Shown here in pieces: positions 55,301 through 64,000 of a stretch of 64,000 nt of DNA. The notes below the pieces were generated by a model that was not told where the DNA came from, did no database searches, and worked only from the letters and a program-made list of their open reading frames with translations. Position 1 is the stretch's first letter. Each line of letters opens with the position of its first letter. Made by a program: the position numbers and the translations under genes. Source of the DNA: the human T2T-CHM13v2.0 reference genome, Homo sapiens; the NCBI RefSeq assembly GCF_009914755.1, contig NC_060931.1; one strand, given 5' to 3'.

Positions 55301-57879
55301 GGGCGCGGAGGGCGCGCCCAGGGTGCGGCGCCCGCGTGGCCTGTCGCCCCGGCTGTTCGGTACCCCAGCACAGGTTCAGGGAAAAGGGTGCCACCACTAG
55401 GCTGACGCAGCAGCCATGGACATCCCCACCTGGTCTCACAGCCCCGGGCGGGAGGGCGGTGCGCGCTGTCGGGAGAGGACACATCACCGCGGCCTAACGC
55501 CCGAGATCCGGGCATGGCCCAGTTGGGGAAGCTATGACCAGACCAGTGGAAGCCTCGGGAGTTCTCGCTTTTTCCATTCTTTTTCTTACCTGCGCTCAAA
55601 GTTCCAAAAGAAAGTAGGGAAGCGCTCAGTAGAATCCGGCGCCTCTGAGCCGGCGCCAACTGGCCAGGTCCATACTCGGGGCAGATCCCAGGGCTGGGAC
55701 TCTCATTCGATGGTCCCAAATTTGATCTCTTTGACAGTGGGGCTGAGCAAATGCAGCCCTGAAAAAGATAAGCTTAGCGAGAGCTGCGGGCATTTGGCAA
55801 AGGATGCTGCTCTCAGAACCGTGGCTTCTGCTCCTCACCAGTGCGTCTCTAGCCTGGGGCTCCTATTTTCCCTAGAGGGACCCTGGAAAATGGGACGGCT
55901 GCCGAAGAGAAGGCGAAGGTCAGGGCGCGGAGCTCTACGGTAACCACGCGACGCGTAGTGGGAGAGTGCGAACCTTATGGTAGCGCCCGGACTAAGCGGA
56001 CACAGACCCCTCTGGTTTTACAAAGGCGGCTGTGACGAGGACTTCCCACGGCCTTGTTGGAGGGCGTCCTGTTAGCCCTGCTCAGCCTGAATAACTCAAA
56101 TTCTCCGAATTCGCAGGGTAATCCGCTTCGCTTGGAGCCGTGTAAACTCAGGCTGACATACACACTCAAGCTGTATATGTAAATATTTGTTCTCTTTTCC
56201 AGCCAGTCGGTCTGGCTATTAGAAGCCTCTTCGTGGGTCTTAAAATTAAAATAATAATAATAATTTTTAAAACTCCAACTTTTCACTGCACCACCCCCTA
56301 CTCCTGAAATAAATTTGTGAGGGAAAACGGCAAGTTAAAATAGCTGTCGAAAACGTTTGTGTGAACAAAATGATGACATCTGGAAGAGTCGTGATTTCAG
56401 CCTGTCTTGGTCATCGTGTGTCAATAGTTTTTAACAAGGTGCTGGATGAAGGTGACTAAAAAATGCATTCTCATATCACTATCGAAGTTCGAAGTGTCGA
56501 TTTATAAATGTTTGAGGAAATTCGTAAAACCATAGACTTTGGTGCTGGAAGGAATTTACGCTGTCTTCTAGCCGGTCTCCATGTGCGTTTGAGAGAGAAA
56601 AACAGGGCCCGACGTGGCAGAGCGCGCATCTCCCCCCAGTCCACCTCAGCGGCTAGAAGCAGACGGAAGGGCAGGACTCACACTCCGGGCCCCGACCCTC
56701 ATCAGCCCCTGGCCCTGCAGCTGTGGCTGGGCTGTTAGCTGAAGAGCCAGAGTAGAGTTAACGACGGCTGGCAAGCAGAGGGCTTTCAGATTAAACCGCA
56801 GGATGCATCTGAGGATCCGTTTCTATTCTTAAATTTTTTGCTGGTTTTGGACAACCCAGACCCAATCCAGACCCCTTTTTTGGTTATTAAAGTCCCCCGC
56901 CCCAACCTGTCTCTCCCCAGACACACCTTCTCAATGTAAGTGACATTTCTTTGTATCGAGTGGAAGGCACACACTGATTCCTTTCCTATATCAAATGCTT
57001 AGGATTTGTCCAGAAAGAAAGATTTCCCTCAAGAAGTGGGGATTTTGGAAGGTCGGGGAATGTTATGGTTAGTCTAGACCTTGATATATGCTTCAACAGG
57101 GTGTGGCAAACCTTGTTAGCTGAATTTAGTTTTCAAAAACTTGCCGCAAAATTATACTTCATAAAAAAACCCTTTTGATTGTTTTTCTACACAGAGGAAA
57201 ACAACTGTGTCTTTTCTTAATTACCTCAATGATTTTGACTGGAATATGAATAATATCATGAGAGGAACATTTTCAGAAAATTTGATGAAGCAAGGGAAAA
57301 ACTGAATTGCCACAAATCTGTTTCCTCCTCCTTTCCAAGTGCCTACGCGGCCTTAGCCCAGCTCTGTGTCTCTTGTGTGCAGGAAACCCCGACTGCGCAT
57401 CCTACTACAGGTAAAATACTATACAAGAAAAGATGAGTGATCGTTAGGAGGCAGGCGGCAAACGAGAGGTATTGAAAAGGCCACTTTAAACAAATCCGGG
57501 TGACCCGTTTGGGGATCTCTAGGCTATGCATCTTGTTGGTGTTGAAACCTCGGCAGTAAAACATATGCTGCAACATTATTATCGGGGGCACACCGTCCCT
57601 CCTCCTAGATTTATTGCCTTTGCAAATCAATATGATGCCATAAAAACGGGGAACCGGTTCTGGGCAGAGAGGTGCTGTCGAAGGATGATTCAAAGCCTTC
57701 CCAAAGCGGAGAGTGGGGAGTTCTGAGGTCCCTTCAAAACGCCACTGATAGCGCAGGTTAACAGGTAAAACCACCCGGGGGTTGGAACAAAACAAGCACG
57801 TTAACACATCTCTCTAGGCCCTTCTCAGGCTGACTGCTGGCAGCGGAAGCTGCTGAAGTCTTAATGTTAACTTTAACAC

Positions 57880-58040
57880 ACGCATTAGCCCGGAGACTTT
57901 GTGTAGGTTACTAAACCTCTCAAAGCTTCAGTTTCTTCATCTGCGTTAGAATAGGGCCAATAGTTCATTCCTACCTGGAAGATAGCTCTTTGGATTAATG
58001 CCCTAATGTGTATAAAAAGCCTAACACTCACAATAAACCC
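57880..58040 (+). mobile_element. MIR fragment
   Basis: ACCTCTCAAAGCTTCAGTTTCTTCATCTG core. Confidence 0.6.
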
Positions 58041-58449
58041 AACATAAGTAAAGCATAATACAGAATTTTAATCATATTTAATTTTGAACTGCAAATTCGC
58101 GATTGGAGAAACATGTCTCTCGGGTGCTCATATATAATGTAGATAGTTTTGGAATGTACAAAGAGCATTGGGGCCACAGGAGGGTATTGGATTGTTATTT
58201 ACATCCCGTTTAAACTTTGGCGCCTAAGAATGTAAAATTTTGTTATACATCTGAGTTTGTTTATATGGAATTTGATTATATGGAAGACTGGAAGATGTCT
58301 CCTTATATACACCACTCTTTCAAATTCTCATTTGTAGCTCCCGGAACTCAGAAGACAGTCGACCCCCAAAACTGTCCAGGAAGTAATCGGTTTCCGGCTT
58401 TTGGACAATGGTCCCTCGCTTAACGAATGCTAACGAATGCTCCCTTAGC

Positions 58450-60320
58450 TGGGAGCTGCAGGGACCGGTCCCGGCAGGTCTAACCAACCGTCCGCAGGCG
58501 CCGTGGTCGAGAGCAGAGCCGAGACGGCGGGGCAGGGTGCCAAGCGGAGGGCACAGCCTGGCAGCCACCGTTGGCGGCAGGAGAGAATGGGAGAAGGGAG
58601 ACCCGCTTCTCAGCACAAGGGCATCTGTCTACTCCCGAACATGGCCGGAGATTCCTGTCCACAGCCTCCCTCCAGCTCTTTCTGGTAGACACTTTAAAAG
58701 CGACATTAACGGGCTTCGGTGCCTTTGGATTCCTAAATTAGGTTTACGGAAAAGGAAAGACTTCCCAAGAACAGTGAGAAGAGGAACTGCAGCCCCTCCA
58801 AGGCCGCTGCGGCGCGTTCCCGGGGCGCGCCGAGAGCAGCGCGCGGCTCCGTGCCCCGTGGGGAGCGCGCGGCGCGGCCTTGGATTTCACCGCGAGTCGG
58901 GAGGGCGGGTCTGAGCCTTGCCTCCCAGGATCCTTCCGACGAACACCCCGCGGGTTTTAGTTTATCGAGCCAAAGTGGTCCCGGAGAAGCGCTCCCTCGC
59001 AGCCAAGCTGCAAGAAGTGGCCGGGAACCTACAGGCCTCGGGCCGACCCAGGAAGCCTCCGCACCAGAAAGCTCGAGGAGCCCTTACCCAAGTCTTGCTC
59101 GAAGGGCAAAGCAAAGAGCCAGCACCCCTGAGTGTCACTGAAGTTCCTGGATGGGGTGTGAGTGCGCGCGTTCCGTCCGAGACCTCAGTCTCGCCCAGCT
59201 ATAGAGCCGATAAAGGGATGTCTTGTGGGCGTAAGGCGCTTCGCGCCCATCTCCAAGGCCGATGTGGTCAGGAGGTGAGGGGAAATGTCCTTCTGGCAGA
59301 AGCCCGCGGTGCTGCGACGTTGACCCGCCTGGCCTCAGGCTCAGGGCGGCGGGCAGCCCAGGGCACATGTAGTTTCAGCAGCCGCGCTACGTGGGCGGGG
59401 GACCCCAGGCCACCCCACGTGTCCGCCCTGGGCCTCCTCCGGGTCCCAAGGCGCGGCGCCTCCAGGCCTTGTAGCGTCTTCCCCGGGTCCCCGCGCGCCA
59501 GGCCCCGCAGCCTGCTCACAGGACAGCCCTCGGGGCTGCGACCCTCTCGCTCCTCCCCGCGGCCACTCGCTCCCCGTTCATCCCCCACGAGCTCACTACC
59601 GCAGGGACCGGCCCTCAGAGCCCCGGGCCTCCTCCCGGCAGTGGAAGAATCAGCGTGCTAACATTGTGTGCAAAACTCGCAGCGTGATCAAGAACTGCAA
59701 AAGAAAACAGAAAAGAAAAATCTCTTCTGATCCTGTGGGCTTGGAAGCCAGGCCTACTCTCCTCACACTCCTGCACCCTCCTTTCTCCTCCTTCCCCTCC
59801 TTCTCCTCCTCCACGCGTGCTCCCACCTTCCTTCTGCAACCTTCCTCTTGGGCAATCGCCGCCTTCCCAAGGGCCCGGCTGCTGACGTATACTATTTATT
59901 TTGTATATCATGATTTTTGTATGAATTTTGACTTTTAGAATTACTGCATTAAAATATATTTTTCTTGACAACTGAGTTTGTTGACATCTAAATTGTGGGT
60001 TCTCACCCCGGTCCCGGGCCTGTCAGGAAGGTTAAGAATTTCATCGAAATTGCACAGATCATAAGCAGTAGAACCGGGCTTCCAATGCAAATCTGTGGCT
60101 TCGAAAGCGTTGTTCCTACCGTTGCATCGCGCACGGGACTATTAACCTGGAACCCCAAGAGGGGGAGAAAAGCGGACAAGGGACACGTTTCCTGCTTCGA
60201 GATGAAGGTCTTGTTGGCTGGGTGCCCTGGCCTGCCCGGGCGGACGCGTGGGACCTGCGTGGATGGCGCACGCTGCAGCCAAACAGGCTGCCCGAGGGCT
60301 CTTCCTGAGCGCAGTTCCTC
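58450..60320. promoter_or_regulatory. Upstream CpG island 2
   Basis: GC- and CpG-rich, no recognisable interspersed repeat. Confidence 0.8.
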
Positions 60321-60767
60321 CGGTGTTTAAAAACAAACTCAAACTAAGTGAGAGTTTCTCTTTGGAATCGCTTCACTTGGGAAAATGATCCAGCCTTCCA
60401 CCAGCAACTGTGCACTGTCCCCTCTGGTGACTGCTAGAGCATCCCCACACATCCTGCACTCACCTCTCACCTTCGCTTTCCGGGAGCCAGAGTCAGCTGT
60501 TTTTGTAAGGAGTTTTGAGAGATCAAGGTGGGGAAGACCCAGGCAGGAAGCAGCCCCGCAAGGTCTCTGCTGCTAGCTCCCACAGTAAGTCATTCCAGAA
60601 GCAGTTGATTGAACCTCATCTTACTCCCAACAGTGGCAAAATTCATACTGTAAGCACTTGGATGCCTATTCCCAAATGTCGACGTGCTCCAGACGACTTG
60701 AAACATGTCGTATGCAAGGAAACAAAGATGTATGCGTGTAATAAAAGATAACGAATGTAGAGGATTT

Positions 60768-60950
60768 GTTCAGTCATCCAGCATTACACAGCACCTACTC
60801 TGAGCTGGATACTGTGCTAGGCTCTGGGAGTAGAATAGAGTAGTGATCTGGACCCTAAAATTCCTGCATTGTGCAACTCACAGTCTGGTAGGAAACACTG
60901 ATAATAAACATATAAACAAATACAAGAAGTACAAATTGTGATGAAGACTT
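60768..60950 (-). mobile_element. L2 3'-end fragment
   Basis: AGCACCTACTCTGAGCTGGATACTGTGCTAGGCTCTGGG. Confidence 0.6.
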
Positions 60951-62249
60951 AAGGAAAAATTCACATTTGTTGGTATTCATTCATCAGGCACTGGCTTGTT
61001 GGGAGTGGGGACAGAGTTGGACAATTTGCATATAATCCATGCCCCTCAAGTGTTCAAAGCCTAGCTGGGAGATGTATTTTAAAAAGTGTCCGTATAGCAA
61101 TCATACATTACATTTCCCTCAATATTTTTGCTAAAGAACTCTTAGACTGTAGGGGTGTAATGGCTTAATGGAAATAAACAACTTGAATAAAAGTTGTGGA
61201 GGAAGATGTTGGGGTCTAGCACCAGGCTATGCTGCCTCTGTTTTTACATCTGTCAAATATGTTTGCTGATAGTCATATGTCCTTATATCAAAGAGTTTGT
61301 TGTGAAAATTAAATGAAACAATGTCTCCGTGTAAGGGCAGAGGACTTCACAGACACTACTGCCTGCCAGCCCTGGAACTGGGGAAAGCTCCCTTTTCGAT
61401 TTAGGGATGATATAAATTCGATCTGATCAGGGAGGTGTGTTCAAGAGCCCCAGTGTCAACCCTGCGCTCAAGGAGTTTGAGAAGCAGCCTTCTCTGGGGT
61501 CTGTAGGTTGGTCTCAGAAGCTCTGCAGTGGGGGAAGAAAACCGTGTACCACTAAGTAGAAGAGCGGCTTTATGCAGATGCACAGACAGTGGGGCTGTTT
61601 TCTGTGAATGCCCTGGCTAGAACTGCTGGAGGCCCACAACAGGCCTCAGGGCTGGATTTTCCTTCTTTAACTCATGTACTTTGAGGGTGTCTGCGTACAT
61701 TTCAAGCCCTGATGCCAGCTTTTCAGTGCATTACAGAGAGCATTGAGCCACGCTTAGCATGTGCCAGGCACTGCACTAGAGACTTTCCATGAAATATATG
61801 ATGATGCTGATAATAATATAAGTCGGGTACCATTATTGTGTACATTTTTAAATTGCAGAAAATGAAGCTCAGAAGGCTAAGGAACTCACTTGCTCAAATC
61901 AGGGTGGAGCGGGAAGCGACCCTGGTCTATGTGACCCAACCCTGTTCACTTCTCAATCTTCACCTCCATTTCTATCTTAACCTCAATTAATCTTATTCTC
62001 GGTTTCTAGCACTAACTTGGTCAGATCTCTGTTCTAGAAGAAGCTGTTCGGAGGAGAGGGCTGGATTTTCTTGGTGAGTTTGTAAATAATATTAGCAGCC
62101 CCAGAGCCCAGAAACATGTGCATTTCTTTGTTGTCGGCCCATAGGGACTCTGGGCTTTAGAAGAACACAGGCAGCTGTGACCCGCAAGTCCAGCCCTTCA
62201 CTCTCCAGGCGAGCAAAGGGGAAGAAGAAGGCGGGCCAAGTAAAGGTCT

Positions 62250-63410
62250 TTCTGCCGCACGTGGACAACGGGCCCGGGCGGCCTTTGTAATGTTATTTTT
62301 TCTTTTCTGAAGATAATTACCTAGTATTCTGCAGGTTCCTCTGGTGCAACAGAGACTGCCGCGGGGCGGGGGAGAAGGTGGTGAGGGGGGTCGCGCATCG
62401 CTCAGTGCAGGTCTGTGCTTTCACTTGGCCTGCGCTCAGGTCAGTGCGCCCCTTACCGGAGCACCCATGGCCTCCCGCGTTACCCCAAATTTTGTAGGCA
62501 GACTGTCAGAGTTCGAAGCCAGCTGTGTCCTCTGCGGGCCGTGTGACCCTAGGCTATCTGGGCTGCTCGGAGCCTTAGTTTCCCTAGTTGTGAAGAGGGA
62601 GGGTGTGACCATGGCCCGGAGCTCTCCGAAAGGCTGTGCGGATTGCTCGGTGGCGGGATGTGGAGCGCGTCTTCTATGATGCCAGGTGCTGGCCAAGCGC
62701 TCGATGCAGGCTGCTCCAGTTAGGTCGATGCGATGGCGGGAAGCACTTTCCTCTGCAATGGAGAGACGCCGACACCCCGAGCCCGAAGGCTTGCAAGGCG
62801 CGCTCTCGCCACTGGGGTCGGGGATCCGTGGGTTCTCTATCCCGCTTACCCACTCCATCCTTAGCAGCTGTCGTCGGTCCCAGACCTCTACCTTGGAGAG
62901 ACCAAGGCGGCCCAGAGCCCAGGAGACTACTGCGCGGTACGCCAGGATCCAGAAGTGGATTCTGACTTCTAAAGACCCCTCCCAAGCCAACGCTATCAGG
63001 GTCCCTGCAAGCGGTTGACTGTGGCGGAGGCAGAACCAAAACCTTTGCTCTGCCCGCGGCGCTCCAGCCTCTCACCCAGGACAGTGCTCTGGGCTCCAGC
63101 CGCTGCAGTGGGGTCGGGACACAGACGCCGAGTTAGAAGCCCCGCCGCTGCAGGTCCCTGCTTGGTCGGCGCGGTGACGGTGTCGCTGGCGGCGGCGGGG
63201 GCCTTCCTTTGGCTGCCCCGCCATTTAATCAGAGCTATTATCAGACAGGGCTTGCAGGATGGCGCCGGCCGAGCTTTACCCCCATTAGCACAGGGCAGGC
63301 TGGGGGCTGGGTCCTGAGGCCACCGCCGGTCCCGGCCAGCTGCAGCTTTTCTGGGGAGCTATGAGAAAGGCAGGCCTGGTGGCTCCGGCCTTCTCTACCC
63401 GGCCACTCTC
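62250..63410. promoter_or_regulatory. Upstream CpG island 3
   Basis: GC- and CpG-rich, no recognisable interspersed repeat. Confidence 0.75.
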
Positions 63411-63454
63411 AGGCTGACGAGTTATTAGAATTTTATTTTCTAGCTTCCCATCTG

Positions 63455-63625
63455 ACCCTGACCAACTTCTGTGCCATTGGAGGAAATCACTGAACTTGTC
63501 TGAATCTCGGTTTCCTCATCTGTAAAATTGGTTCAGATAGATACATAACTCGAGGTTGTAGACATTAAATAAGATGAGGCATCTGAAGTGTAATGCAGGG
63601 ACCTGGCGCGCTAAATGGTGTTATT
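63455..63625 (+). mobile_element. MIR
   Basis: TCTGAATCTCGGTTTCCTCATCTGTAAAATTGG core. Confidence 0.75.
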
Positions 63626-63964
63626 ACTACCAACGCACTAGAATTGTATCTGCTTTTTTTTTTAAGTCCCCCTTTTTCATTAAAAAGGAAGGGAAGAGAA
63701 AGACCACGGTCAAATGTTTCAAAGAGGTCCAGTGGTTAAGGATTTGCTGGTTTTCCCCGCAACTGACTGGGTTCAAGTTTCACCCCCAGCATCCACTACC
63801 TATGTGACTTTGGGCAAGGCATTTCAAAGGATGAGCACTAGAACTTCATTGGACCGTCATGCACGATTCACAGCGGTGCCAGTAGAACAGTAGAATGCTG
63901 AGCACAGATTGGGCTCTCCATGCGTGTTATTAGCAAAACGTTTATGCAAACCACAAACATCAGA

Positions 63965-64000
63965 TTTTTTTTTTTTTTTTAGATGGTGTCTCACCTTGTC
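63965..64000 (-). mobile_element. Alu 3' end, truncated by window edge
   Basis: Poly-T followed by AGATGGTGTCTCACCTTGTC. Confidence 0.7.

Larger units (their letters stand above)
54450..56120. promoter_or_regulatory. CpG island over TBX20 exon 1 and promoter
   Basis: High GC with dense CpG, in sharp contrast to AT-rich introns. Confidence 0.9.

Noticed and set aside
55320-55660. GGCGCC sites as a BMP-response element
   Set aside because: Lack the canonical GGCGCC-N5-GTCT spacing and are frequent by chance in CpG islands
54579-55943. 150-184 aa ORFs overlapping exon 1 and the promoter
   Set aside because: GC-rich artefacts, mostly near-cognate starts, no recognisable domain
58918-59661. 247-aa plus-strand ORF and overlapping ORFs in CpG island 2
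   Set aside because: Non-ATG start, R/P/A/G/S low-complexity, several frames open at once; expected from stop-codon depletion in GC-rich DNA
62344-63317. Multiple 100-184 aa ORFs on both strands in CpG island 3
   Set aside because: Same compositional explanation; no protein motifs

Overview
Primate (very probably human) genomic DNA containing the complete TBX20 gene (cardiac/motor-neuron T-box transcription factor) on the minus strand. Eight coding exons (127+253+165+109+159+77+113+341 = 1344 nt; 447 aa plus stop) run from ATG 54697 to TGA 3508, and all introns are GT-AG. The N-terminus has an eh1 (FSIAALM) motif and the T-box spans exons 2-6. There is a CpG-island promoter (predicted TSS about 55173), two further upstream CpG islands, a repeat-free 3' UTR region of about 2.7 kb, and a 26.9-kb intron 6 filled with nested L1, L2, Alu, MER, Tigger and MLT elements. 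I found no other credible protein-coding gene and no wholly new gene system. The best candidate novelty is in the 5' leader: a 10-aa uORF whose stop overlaps (TGATG) the start of a 48-aa uORF that is in frame with TBX20 and separated from it by a single TAG. Other leads are a tight GATA/NKX2-5/triple T-box motif cluster in intron 2, in-frame intron read-through isoforms at exons 6 and 7, and a possible divergent lncRNA 3' end. Repeat family names are by eye from remembered consensus sequences and their boundaries are approximate unless TSDs/TIRs are quoted.
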